A stretch of DNA of 64,000 nt from the human T2T-CHM13v2.0 reference genome, Homo sapiens: NCBI RefSeq assembly GCF_009914755.1, contig NC_060934.1; one strand, 5' to 3'. The position numbers and the translations under genes were made by a program. Below are positions 1-15,893 of the stretch, one piece after another. The notes beneath the pieces were generated by a model, which was not told the DNA's origin, made no database searches, and saw only the letters and a program-made list of their open reading frames with translations. The number at the start of each line of letters is the position of its first letter. Position 1 is the first letter of the stretch.

Positions 1-1400
1 CCAAGGTCTGAGCAAAGTTACCAGAATCCAGGTTCTTTCTTGAGCTCGAACAAACATTACACTTTTTCTGGAGTCAAAATGGGAGTTAATACAAGTGTAT
101 AAATGACAATTAATGCATTGGACAGTTTGATTGTTCATCCAAATTTTGATATTTCCCACTAACAGCATGTAAGGAGGCTTACCACAACTCTGTATGGGAA
201 CCATCAGGTTGGAGGTAAGTAAAGCAGAATGTCTGGATCTACGTTGATACTGAGAGAGGGGGACGGTAGAGGGGACAACAGACAGAATAGTTTCCCCTTC
301 CCATACTCGCAGTCCAGACATGGCAGTAGCCAATTTCCAAAGTTCTGGGTGTTCTGGGCTCAGAATGGGGAGTATCATATGAGGCCTTGGGGGGTGGGGG
401 CGGATAATGCCTTTATCTTCCCATTTTAAAGGAAAGAATGAGCTGAACCTTCTATGCAAAGTAGAATGATGATTCTCATTCTCCTGTTAAGAAACAAAAT
501 AAGTAGCCTCCATGCATTCCTTTCTGCCAGAGGAGCAATTGTTTCTTAAATAGCCCTTTGGTGCCCAGTCTATTACTAAACCATATGAGTCATTTTTTAA
601 TATTACTGAGTGTGAGTCAATACAGTCTTCCCAAATTAAAGTTTTAGATGGGTCATCAAAATTTTTAGGGGATGGTTTTCCTGCAGGTTTATGTTGAAAG
701 TATGGGGTATCTCCCATTACTCCCCCTTTCATTTGTTTTAAAGGAGAAAGGGAGAGGCCAGAGACCAAATGTCCCTGTTCCTCTGTAGCTGATCTCTCTG
801 GAAGATAAGCAGCCCAGACTTGAGTTTCTAGATTTATACAACCAGGTGAATGTCCAAGGCACAGAGGGGGGTATTTACAACCCATGGTAACATTAAATGC
901 AGTGCCTTCTTCTCCCTGTTGAGCAGGGCAATGGTCATCTGTAGCTCCAGGCATCCACACACTATTGTTAGTGTAGATGTCTCAGGAGCATCTATCCAGG
1001 TGAGAGGTTGAATAAGTGGAGGAAAAGGCACATAAACCCAATAAGAATAATTTTTTGTAGCAGGTAAATCAGTGGGAAACTGGTGAGACAGAAAGTATAA
1101 GGAGGAGAATCATTAAATAAAACCTATTGTGAGATTCAGTGCTGAAGGAGGAAGAGAAGAATAGAGGGATGTTATTTTCAGGCGAATAGAAATGGTGAGA
1201 TTTTTAGGTTTGTAAGGAGAAAAAGAAAGGTAATCAGGAGAAGTGGGATTAGTTAGATGGTTCTCCATTGCCATCAGGGAGGATTGAATCAGAACCCTTG
1301 TGATTTGGTGTGCGTGCTTCTGAGGAGTTAGCAGATCTCACCCCATCTGAGGGCTGTCTCTGACACGGACGTCTTTTCCCGTGGTTTTCGTTGTCAGTAT
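1..1400 (-). pseudogene. HERV-K env (leader and SU), disrupted, continuing beyond the window
   Basis: ORF 487-960 WMPG..YPPLCLG..IWEDC..GLVIDWAPKG; CVKPPYMLLVG..C..C.LYTCI near 90-200. Confidence 0.88.
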
Positions 1401-3925
1401 TCACCCGAAGCTTGAGTCTCCTGATGGGTACTCAGACAGGGAATTGATGATCTCCTGGTGAAACATGAGCATATCCTCTTCCCTACTTATAATTGTGCCA
1501 GGTTCCCAGGTATTAGTTTGGGTGTTTTTCCATAACACTGGCTTGCCTTCGTTTAGGGAGAATTTTTTGCCTGTATAATGGCATTCGGCTGCAGTTAGAT
1601 TATTATCTTTAGGAACATTTAAACAATTTAATGTAAACCATGCCAAATGTAATTGGGAGTGGGGGGTAGTTAAATTATGTTTTTGTTGTTCAGACTGTTT
1701 GGACAATTGCGTTTTTAAAGTGTGATTGGCCTGTTCCACCACAGCCTGTCCCTGAGGATTATAAGGGATTCCAATAACATGGGAAATTCCCCACTGTTGC
1801 ATAAATAAATCAAAAGCCTTACTAACATATCCAGGGGCGTTGTCTGTCTTTATTTGATATGGAAGCCCTGTAACTGCAAAGCAAGAATACAGATGTTTTT
1901 TAATATGGGCCGTGCCTTCCCCTGTTTGGTAAGTAGCCCAGATAAAACCTGAGAAGTTATCTACAGAAACATGCACATATGACAGTCTGCCAAAGGACCT
2001 AACATGAGTCACATCAATTTGCCATAAAGCATTAGGAGTTAGGCCTCTGGGATTAACATCAGGTTCCTGATTTGGAAGTATGAAGACCTGACACTGAGGG
2101 CAGCTGTGAACAATAAACTTAGCCTGTTTCCAGGTAAGAGCAAATTTATCTTTTAATCCAGCGGCATTGACATGAGTGAAATTATGGAACTCCTGACCTT
2201 CTTGGGTTGCAAAAGAGACCAAACTGTCAACTTTATGGTTACCGACAGACGTGGGTCCTGGTAAAGTGGTATGAGATCTAATATGTGTAATATAGAAAGG
2301 GTGTCTACGTTGGTGAACCGCCTGTTGTAACCTTGAAAATAAAGAAGGTAATTCAGAATTATCAATATGCTTGATAGTAGCAGTTTCTGTATTTTCAGTG
2401 GCATGTTCAACATAAGCAGAATCAGAGAAAATATTTAAAGGTTTGGGGAAATCCTGTAAGGCAGTAATCATAGCAATTAACTCTGCCTTTTGAGCAGAGG
2501 TATAAGAGGTAGAAATAAGCTTGTCTGTAGGACCTACATAACCAGGATTGCCATTACTGGAGCCATCAGTGAACACTGTAACAGCCTCAGGAATGGGCTG
2601 ATCTTTGGTTAATTGAGGGACCACCCAAGATGTCATTTTTATAAAATCAAACAATTTGTTTTTTGGATAATGACTGTCAATAACACCAATGAAATCAGCC
2701 AATTTCATTAATGAAATCAGCCAATACGGAATGTTGAAAGGCGGCTTGAACATGGAGCCGATCTAAAGGAACTACAATTAAATTCAGATCAAATCTGGAA
2801 ATTTGAAGTATTCTACACTGAGCTTGCCCAGTTAAGATGGCTATTTGGTCCAGATAAACAGACAAAGTTTTTGACACAGAATGAGGAAGAAAACACCACT
2901 CCACTAAATCATTATGTTGAACTATTAGTCCAGTAGGGGAGTGTAATGAAGCGAAAACCAGAAGCTGAAAAGGCTGAAACCGTTGTACTCTAGATAACTG
3001 GGCAGTCTGGATTCTTTCCTCTGTGAATTCCAGTTCTAGTGAAGCCTCTGGGGTCAAAGTCCTGGGACTGCGGAGATTGGAATCTCCCCACAGTGTAGAA
3101 AATAAGTTAGACAGTGCTAGGTCGGAATGCCTAAAGTAGGTCTTAAACCCAAAAGTTTTTGGAAGTCATTAACGTTTTCAAAGAATCTCTCCTAATTTGA
3201 ACTTTCTGAGGTTGAATATGTTGTTTATCGACCACCATTCCTAAATATTGAACAGGAGTGCTCTGTTGAATTTTATCCTGAGCGATGTGTAATCCAGCCT
3301 CTGTAACATGGTGGCTCAAAATTTGATAACAATTAATTCTTTATCAGTGGGGGCAGCAATTAAAATATCATCAATATAATGAAGAATATAGGCCTGGGGA
3401 AATTGGGCTCGAACTGGTGAAAGCACTTGTCCAACATAAAGCTGGCAGATTGTAGGGCTATTTGGCATTCCCTGAGGAAGTACTTTCCATTGATAACGAG
3501 CTGCAGGCTCCTGATTATTGATAGATGCTACAGTAAAAGCAAATTTTTTGCAATCCGATTTATGTAAAGCAATATAAAAAAACAATCTTTAAGATCAATA
3601 ACTATGAGAGGCCAATTTTTAGGTATTAAAGCAGGGGCAGGTATGCTGAGTTGGACGGCCCCCATAGATTTAATTACAGCGTTAATGGCCCTTAAATCGG
3701 TTACCATCCGCCACTTGCCTGATTTCTTTTTTACTAGAAACACAGAAGAATTCCAGGGGGAAAGAGAAGGTTCCACATTTCCAGGTTGTAACTGTTCAGA
3801 AACCAATTGAGTTAAAGCCTCCAGTTTTTCTTTAGAAAGCGGCCACTGCTGAATCCAAATGGGTGTGTCAGATTTCCATTGTAAAGGGATAGGATCAGGA
3901 GGCGTGGCAGCGGACTACACTAAAA
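1401..3925 (-). pseudogene. HERV-K pol (RT, RNase H, integrase); RT broken by frameshifts
   Basis: ORFs 3528-3806 ([18 protein letters not shown]), 3316-3585 (VLPQG, YIDD), 2695-3057, 1401-2753 (RNase H + IN). Confidence 0.95.
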
Positions 3926-4629
3926 AGGATAACCCAAACCAGCCCTGTTTTCTTTTACAGTAACTGGGAGGGGTTTAGTAATCCCTTCATGCTTTGGACC
4001 GAGACCGAGCCCAGGAAAAAACCCCAATGTTTTCCATCATATGCTGACTGGGAGCACTATAAGAGTTATGTGGAATAATAATTTCAGCCTCCCATTGTGC
4101 CAGTAAATCTCTACGCAGATTTACTGATATAGGGCTGATATTTACTAATATAGGGTGATATAGGGCTGAATTGTACCCTTTTGACCATCAGGGCCAGTGC
4201 AAGGCAAGATAAATGTGCTCTCATAAACTTCCTCGGCTTTTCCAACACCTACTAGTCCCATGTTAGTGGGATGTCTAAGCCAGGAGGAAGGCCATAAACT
4301 AGAGGAAATAACAGAAACATCAGCCCCAGTATCTACTAGGCCCGCAAACTTTTTCCTTGAATGTGTATGGTGCAGGTGGGCCGTTGTTTAGAAATCACAT
4401 TAATCCAATAAGCGGCCTTTTCACCCCTGGAGCCCATCCCAGGACCACGTGTCTTATCTCCTCTGTTTAAAATGATATTAGGTAGTAAAAGCAATTGAGC
4501 AATTGTCTCACTGGCCAGAATGGAAACAGGAATCTTGGCAGACACGATTAATTTAATCTCATCAACAGAATCAGAATTAATGAGACCAGTATGAATGTAT
4601 GAATGGTGATTCCTTTAGCAGAGGTGGAT
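3925..4629 (-). pseudogene. HERV-K pro: partial dUTPase plus aspartic protease, frameshifted
   Basis: STSAKG..GLINSD..IAQL..RGPGMGS (degenerate dUTPase motifs); GLVDTGADV at ~4315-4342. Confidence 0.9.
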
Positions 4630-5789
4630 CAGAATGTGATCATATCTGAGAACCACCACCAGACACAGAGGGCTGTCTGTCCTGAGGTCTTGCCAACACA
4701 GCTCTCAAACATGCAGCTGAGACCCTGTGTTGCCTTGTCAGTGAATCAGAAGAGATTCAGTTGCAGCCTTTGGTGTGCTAGATCTGGACTAAAGTTTGGG
4801 AAACTATGCATGACTACAGAAGAGATGGGGATGGGGAAATGTGTGGGGAGAGTTGTTGAAGGAGCTCCGTCTAACATCTCCTTGGCCCCTGCCACCAGAT
4901 TCTCCACCTTCCCCTAAAGGCTGTAAACTGCCAAGGCCCTCAAACTGCTTTTGCTCCCATGCTTCTTTCTCCGACAACTTAAAACAACACGGACTGGTAG
5001 TAGAAATTACTACAACCAACCCACAGGAAGCACTCACTACAAACAAAGAAGATATTATGAGGAAAGGGTAGAAAGATGGGTAAGCCATGGGCCTTGCCTT
5101 TAAAGGGGAAACAGAAGTCACCACTTCAGATAGCTAGAGAATAATGCAAAGTGATGTAGTCCCTAAGAGAACCACAAAGGGCTTTAAGAACTGAAAAAGC
5201 AAGAGACTACTTGAGGCTGGGAAGGGAAAGGGACCCTAAGAAAAGGGCCATGAGCAATGGCACGAAGGAATCAAGTGTCCACAGGCTGGGAAACAGCACA
5301 CAGTCTAAATGTGTTAGAGTGTGGGATGTGTGCCTGCACATAGTGGAAGAAAAGGTTGGAAAAGTCAAACTGTGGCTCTTGAGTGCCAGGTTGAAACATT
5401 CAGTTTATTGCTATTGGCAGTGGGGACATATTCTGGATTTTGAGCATGGAAATGGCATGATTAGGGCTGCACTTCAGTAAATCCACACGTTCCTTTTAGC
5501 TTAGGGTCTATGACTGTTCTTTGTTTGGTTTTGTTTTCGGCTTGGGTGTGGAAGAAAAGTATCAGTGGATAAGGCTGAGTTCTTTTGCCCAAACTAAACA
5601 GGGCCAGTAGTTACAGTGTTCTTCTAACAGGGCCAAGAGTACTTATTCAGTTCCCACCACCTAAAGAAAAACTCATTTATAGCCACATCCAAATCTATTT
5701 GAGAATTCCCAACCCACTCTCACTTCAGTTTGAGGGGCAACATAGAAAAGGCAATATAAATGAGAAGCTGTGCACAGCATGGGCTTCAG

Positions 5790-5965
5790 CGTCTGACATC
5801 TAGATTTCAGTCCTTTGTTCAAAAGTTAATTTCTCTGAACCTCAATTTTCTAATTTATAAGATGAGAATCATACTAGTGCCTACTCATAGAGTTGCTGAG
5901 AATATTAAATGAGATAGTGAATGTAAAACTCTTAGAATGGTTCAGCAAAGTCTAGAATGTTATAA
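5790..5965 (+). mobile_element. MIR SINE
   Basis: Core CTCTGAACCTCAATTTTCTAATTTATAAGATG...CCTACTCATAGAGTTGCTGAGAATATTAAATGAGA. Confidence 0.8.
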
Positions 5966-6019
5966 ATGCTATAGGATAAACATTCTGGTTTCTGCAGTAA
6001 ACAAATTACAAATAATAAA

Positions 6020-6495
6020 AAATGGTGAGAAATCTATGAACTAAAAGAGACTTAGGAGACATAGCAACCAAATGAAATGTGTGGATGGTGTTTGAATTCC
6101 GACTGAAACAAACTAAATTTTCAAAGATTTTAAGACAATTTTGGAAACAAATATGGACTAGAAATTTGGTATTAAGGATTTTTAAGGTGTAATATTTTAG
6201 ATATGATAAAAGTTATTAAGGGTTTTTTGTTGTTGTTTTAAGAGTACTTAGATGTCATACTAAAATACTTGTGGGATAAAATGATCTGACGACTGAAATT
6301 TCCTTCCAAATAATCCAGGTTTAGGGAAAGCAAGAGTGGAGCATGGGGTTGGGGGTGTGAGTGGAGTGGGAAAAGTATGGATGAAACGTGGCTAGTTGCA
6401 GGCTGAAATGATTGTTGCAGCGAAGTGATGACTATACGGAGACATATTGTATGATTCTCTGGACTTTTGTATGTGACTAAAATTTTCCATAACAA
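6020..6495 (+). mobile_element. Old L1 (L1MC/ME-type) 3' UTR followed by (AAC)n
   Basis: AAAAGAGACTTAGGAGACATAGCAACCAAATG...AAAATTTTCCATAA. Confidence 0.6.
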
Positions 6496-6519
6496 CAACA
6501 ACAACAACAAAAAAGACAC

Positions 6520-10085
<3,566 letters not shown>

Positions 10086-10526
10086 AGATGTAGTACACAT
10101 TTTTAAAAAAGTACTTAATGTAAAAAATCAATATGTTCCTTTTCTTATTTCTTCTTTCATCAATTACATTTCCTCACCTAAAATATAATACCATACTTAT
10201 CAATCCTGGTTTCCTATAATTTCTCCAGATATGAAAAAAATTCAGATTTTTTTGAAATGTTTCTGAAAAAACATTTCTCCAGATATGAAAACAAATTCAG
10301 GCACTGAAAACAAAAGGATATATCAAATATCAATGTCAGCAAAGTTTACTTTCATCAGGCCTCGTAATACTTTCCTTCTACCTTATTCCATACCTTGAAG
10401 AGGTATATTTACAACATATTATATTTGTGTGTTTAAAGGGAGTTTTTGAATATTTGTAAAACCTCTGTTGCTCAGTGGAAATAACTAATTCAAAACTAAT
10501 TTAAGGTTTAGAATTGTATAGTTAAA

Positions 10527-13500
10527 TTTTTCTTTCTTTCTTTCTTTACATTTTAGATTCAAGGAGTTAATGTGCAGGTTTGTTACACAGGTATATTGCA
10601 TAATACCAGGATTTGGGGCTTCTATTGAACCTGTCACTCAAATTGTGAACACAGTACTCAATAGGTAGTTCTCAATCTTTCCCCCCTCCTTACCTTTCCC
10701 ATTTTTGAGACCCCAGTGTCTATTATTTCCACCTTTATGTCCATATGTACCTATTGTTTATTTCCACTTGTAAGTGAGAACACACGGTATTTGATTTTCT
10801 GTTTCTATGTTAATTAACTTGGACTAATCGCCTCCAGCTGCATCTATGTTTCTGCAAAGGACATGATTTCACTCTCTTTTATGTCTGCACAGTATTCCAT
10901 GGTATACATGTACCACATTTTCTTTATCCGATACACAATTGATTGACACTTAGTATGATGGTTAATATTAAGCATCAGTTGATTGGATTTAAGGATGCAA
11001 AGTACGTTTCTGGGTGTATCTGGGTGTGTCTGGGTGTTGCCAGAGGAGATTAACATTTGAGTCAGTGGACTGGGAGAGGAAGACCCACCTTCAGGGTGGG
11101 TGGGCACCATCTAATTGGCTGCCAGCACAGCTTGAAAAAGCAGGCAGAAGGCAGAAGAAACTGACTGGCTATCTTCTGGCCTTCATTTTTCTTCTGTCCT
11201 GGATGCTTCCTGCCCTTGAACATCAGACTCCAGATTCTTTGGCTTTTGGACTCTTGGACTTACACCAGTGGTTTGCCAGAGGCTCTCAGGCCTCTGGCCA
11301 CAGGCTGAAGGCTGCACTGTCGGCTTCCCTAACTTTGAGGTTTTGGGACTCAGACTGAGCCACTACTGCCTTCCTTGCTCCTCAGCTGGCAGATGGCCTA
11401 TGCAGTGGGACTTCATCTTATGATTATGTGAGTCAATTCTCCTTAACAAACTCCCTTTCATGTATACATATATCCTATTAGTTCTGTCCCTCTTGAGAAC
11501 CCTGACTACTACATTTCAGTTGATTCCATGACTTTCCTATGTGAGTAGTTCTGTAATAAAATGTGAATGCATATGTCTTTCTGATAAAACAATTTATTTT
11601 CCTTTGAGGTGATATCCAGTATTGGGATTACTGGGTTGAATGGTAGTCCTATTTTTAGTTCTTTAAGAAATTTCCATTCTGTTTTTCACAAGGGTTGAAC
11701 TAATTTACATTTCCATCAACCATGTGTAAGTCTTTCCTTTTCTCCTCATCCTCACCAACATCTTTTTTTTGACATTTTAATCATAGCCATTCTGATGGTG
11801 TAAGATGGCGTCTCATTGTGGTTTTAATTTGCATTTCTCTGATTAGTGATGTTGAGCATCTTTTTATATGTTTGTTGGCCACTTGTATGTCTTTATTGAG
11901 AATTGTCTGTCCTTTGCTCACTTTTTAATAGTGTTATTTGTTTTTTCTTGTTGATTTGTTTAAGTTCCTTATAGATTCTTGATATTAGTCCTTTAGCAGA
12001 TGCATCATTTGCAAATATTTTCTCTCATTTTGTAGGTTGTCTATTTATTCTGCTGATTGTTTCTTTTGTTGTTCAGAAGTTCTTTAGTTTAATTTTTCCC
12101 GTCTTTCAATTTTTGTTTTTGTCACATTTGCATATGAGGTCTTAGTCATATATTATTTTCCCAGGCTGATGCCCAGAAGAGTTTTTCTTAGATTTTCTTT
12201 CAGGTTTGTTACCGTTTGAAGTCTTACATTTAAGTCCTTAAACTATTTTGAGTTACTTTTTGTATACAGTGAGAGGTAGGGGTACAGTTTTATTCTTCTG
12301 CAGGGGGCTGTTACGTTTTCCCACCACTGTTTATTAAATAGGGTGCCTTTTCCCCACTGTGTATCTTTGTTGACTTTAAAAAATGTTAGTTGTTGGAGTG
12401 TGTGGTTTTATTTCTCAATTCTCTGTTCTGTTCCATTGGTCTAAGTGTCTGTTTTTGTACCAGTACCATGCTGTTTTATTACTGTAGCCTTATAGCATAG
12501 TTTGAAGTCAGGTAATGTGATCACTCTGGTTATGTTCTTTTTATTTAGGATTGCTTTAGCTATTGGGGCACTTTTTGGTTTTATATGAATTTTAGAATTG
12601 TTTTTTCTAATCAGAAAAATGACTTTGGTGTGTTGATAGGAATATTGTTGAATGTGTAGGTTGCTTTTGACATTGTGGTCATTTTAACAATATTGATCTT
12701 TTCAATTAATGAGCATGGGATGTTTTTACACTTGTTCATGTCGTCTATGTTTACTATGTTTTCTTTCATCAGTGTTTCATACTTCTCCTTATAGGGATCT
12801 TTCAATTTCTTGGTTAAATGTATTCCTAGGTATTTTATATTTTTGTGGGTATTGTAAGTAGAATTGCATTCTTGATTTGCTTTTCAGTTTGAATGTTATT
12901 GATTTATACAAATGCTATTGATTTTAGTAGGTTGATTTTATATCCTAAAAATACCAAAGTTTTTAATCAGGTCTAGTTATCTTTTGGAGGAATCTTTAGG
13001 GTTTTCTAAGTACAGAATTATGTCTTTGGTGAATAGAGACAACTCAACATCTTTTCATCCTATTTGGATGCTTTTTATTTCTTTCTGTTCCCTGACTGCT
13101 CTGCCTAGGACACCAAGTACTATGTTCAGTACATGTGGTGAGAGTGGACATCTTTGTCATGTTCCTGTGTTTAGTGGGAATGCTTCGTTTTTCCAGTCAG
13201 TATGTTGTGGACTGTGTATTTGTCATAAATGGCTCTTATTATTTTTATCTATATTTGTTCTATGCCTAGTTTGTTAACGGATCTTTTTATCATGAAATGA
13301 TGCTGAATTTTATCAAATTCTGTTTCTGCATGTATTGAGAAGGTCATACTGTTTTTGTTTTTAATTCTATTTGTGATGAATCACATTTATTGATTTTCAT
13401 ATGTTGAACAATCCTTGTATCCTAAGAATATAGTGCACTTGATCATGATGAATTATCTTTTTGACGTGCTGGTAGCTTCAGTTTGATAGTATTTGGTTGA

Positions 13501-14100
13501 CACTTTTGCATCTATGTTCGTCTAGGATATTGGCCTGTAGTTTTCTTTTATTGTTGTGTCCTTGCTCAATCTTGTACCAGGATGAAACTAGTTTCATAGA
13601 ATGAGTTATGGAGGAATCCCTCCCGCTCAATTTTTTGTAATAGCTTTAGTAAGATCGGTACCTGCTTTCATTGTATATGTTTGATAAAATTCAGTTATAA
13701 ATCTTTCTGGTACAGGGCTTATTTTTGGTTGGTAGATTTTTTTATTCCTCACTCAGTTTTGTAATTCATTATTTATCTGTTTAGGATTTCAATTTCTTTC
13801 TGTTTCAATCTTAGGAGATTGTGTATTTCCAAGAATTTATCCATTTTCTCTAAATTTTCTAGTTTGTGTGGCTAGAAATGTTCATAGTATGAACATCTCT
13901 GAGACTCTTTTGTATTTCTGTGGTATCAGTTATAATGTCATCTTTGTCATTTCTGATTGTGCTTATTTGGATCTTCTGTTTGTTTTCTTGATTAATCTGG
14001 CTAATGGTCTACTAATCTTGTTTATCCTTTTAACAGGAAAAACTTTTACACTTTGTTGATTCCTTGTATGATTTTTGGGGTCTCACTTTTATTTAGTTCA
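10527..14100 (-). mobile_element. L1PB/late L1PA 3' ~3 kb, interrupted by MLT2A
   Basis: T-rich tail, GTGCAGGTTTGTTACACAGGTATATTGC 3' end, continuous antisense ORF2. Confidence 0.9.
10954..11513 (+). mobile_element. MLT2A (HERV-L) solo LTR
   Basis: TATGATGGTTAATATT..TTGATTGGATT..GAGTCAGTGGACTGGG..GAGAACCCTGACTACTACA; L1 resumes on both sides. Confidence 0.9.
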
Positions 14101-14799
14101 GTTATAAGAAATTTTCAAAGTATAGTTTAACTAATACACTTTTATTTGGAGTGAAGAATGCTGAGCTATCAGTTAAAGACATTAATGGGTAACATACAGT
14201 TGAGATAAAATTCAATTCCACAGATAAGAAATTGAAGTCATTTCAATGAGAGAGATGAACATCTAAAATTTTTCAATTGTTAAGTAAGAGTTTGTTAATT
14301 CATTTTAATTGTTATACACCTCGAATCATGGTAGATATATTTTATTGGATACATTTAAAAGAAGAATGTAACAATTTTATTTAAAAGCATCACTGTTTGG
14401 AATTGCTCAGAAATAATATCCTTTACAAGCATAGAAACTTATGACAATTTTTTAGTATCAACTTAAAAATACATTAGAGCAATATAGTTTTACAAAAGTA
14501 TTTTCTGGGTTATAAAAGAAAGGACAAAGTTTACAAATGTCATAAGGGTTTGTTAAGATTAGAAGCATTGTCTAGATCTTAGACTGACAATACCATGCTT
14601 TTGGGGAATACTAACATCAAGAGGTTCATGTGGAATTGATGAAGCAACTTTTTTGTTACTAACCAGATAAATAGAACAGAAATAGTAAGGAACAAATAGT
14701 AAATTGGTTGATCTGCTGGGCTGCAATAGATATTTATAATACAGTGGAGTAGAATACATCATTTTAGATCCCAGGTCCTTAATATTTAAAGACATTTTT

Positions 14800-14985
14800 T
14801 CTAGTCTTTGGCATTTCAAATGTGGTATGCAGACCTTACGAGTTAGCACCACTTAGGAGCATGTGAGAATTTAAAACCCAACCCAGGAGATTTGTGTGCA
14901 CAATAAACTTTGAGATGGAGATATCGAATTCCAAACTTATCTAATTATTAGAATCACCTGGAGCACTTTCAACTCATCCATAACT
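14800..14985. mobile_element. MER5-like hAT fragments
   Basis: TCAAATGTGGT..AGCACCACTTAGGAGC and TTAGAATCACCTGGAGCAC. Confidence 0.45.
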
Positions 14986-15120
14986 CTTGGCCTCACACTA
15001 GACTGACTATTCAGACCCTTGTAGGGTCTAGGCTTTTAGGTCACTGACCAGAATTATTCCAGTTTCTCCTCTTTAAAGTAAACACTAGTAAGGAAATGGA
15101 ATAACCCTCTTTGATCTGGA

Positions 15121-15893
15121 GCAGAGGTTGGCAAACTATGACTCATAAGCCAATCCTGAGCTGCTGTCTCTTTTTCCATGGCCTGCAAATTAAGAATGGT
15201 TTTTACATTTCAAGCATTCAAAATGTAGCATATTTCATGACATATGGAAATTGTAGGATTTCAAATTTGTTTATGTGTTGTGGTTTGAATTTTGTCCCTC
15301 AAAATGATATGTTGAAGTCCCAGTCTTTGATATCTATGGATGAGACCTTATTTGGAAACAAAGTCTTTACAGATGTTATTAGATAAGATGAGGTCACAGT
15401 GGATTAGAGTGGGTCCTACATTAAATGACTCCTGCAGTTTTAAGAAGAGACACTTGAAGACACACACAGAGGGAAGAAAGCAATGCGAAGATAGAGGCAG
15501 AGACTGAGGTGACATGGCTAGAAGCCAAAAGAATGCCAAGAATCACAGGAAACCACCAGAAGGTAAGAAAGAGGAAGAGAAGAATCCTTCTCCAGAGCCT
15601 TCAAAGGCAGCGGGACCTGCCAGCCCCTTGATTTCAGACTCCTCCTGGCCTTCAAAACTCTGAGAGAATAAATTTCTGTTATTTATAGCTACCAGTTGTC
15701 AAAATTTGTTCAGGCAGTCCTATAAAACTAATATAAATAAATACAGCCTTCACTTATTTAAATATTTTATATGGCTGCTGACAGACTGCAATGGCACATT
15801 TAACTAATTGTGATGGGAACAGTCTGGCCTACAAAGGCTAAAATATTTACTTTCTGTTCCGTTTCTGAAAAAAATATATATTCAGACCCCTGA
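15121..15893 (+). mobile_element. MER58B-like hAT/Charlie element split by MLT1
   Basis: CAGAGGTTGGCAAACTATG start; GGCCTACAAAGGCTAAAATATTTACT..GACCCCTG end. Confidence 0.75.
15276..15734 (+). mobile_element. MLT1B/C MaLR solo LTR
   Basis: TGTTGTGGTTTGAATTTTGTCCC..TGAGACCTTATTTGGAAA..AATAAATTTCTG..CTAATATA. Confidence 0.85.

Larger units (their letters stand above)
1..4629 (-). mobile_element. HERV-K (HML, class II betaretrovirus-like) provirus internal region; no gag or 5' LTR; runs off the window start. Subfamily tentatively HML-3/HERVK9
   Basis: Minus-strand order dUTPase-pro-pol-env with motifs [38 protein letters not shown] and D-D-E. Subfamily is a guess. Confidence 0.95.

Noticed and set aside
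229-429. Plus-strand ORFs over the provirus (also 3604-3810)
   Set aside because: Antisense shadows of env/pol with no independent coding signal
4603-5803. Cluster of 70-106 aa ORFs next to the provirus
   Set aside because: Overlapping on both strands, mostly non-ATG starts, no recognisable domain, not gag-like
10395-10465. Minus-strand exon-like segment with donor AAG|gtatgg
   Set aside because: Poor acceptor context; comparable to background pseudo-exons
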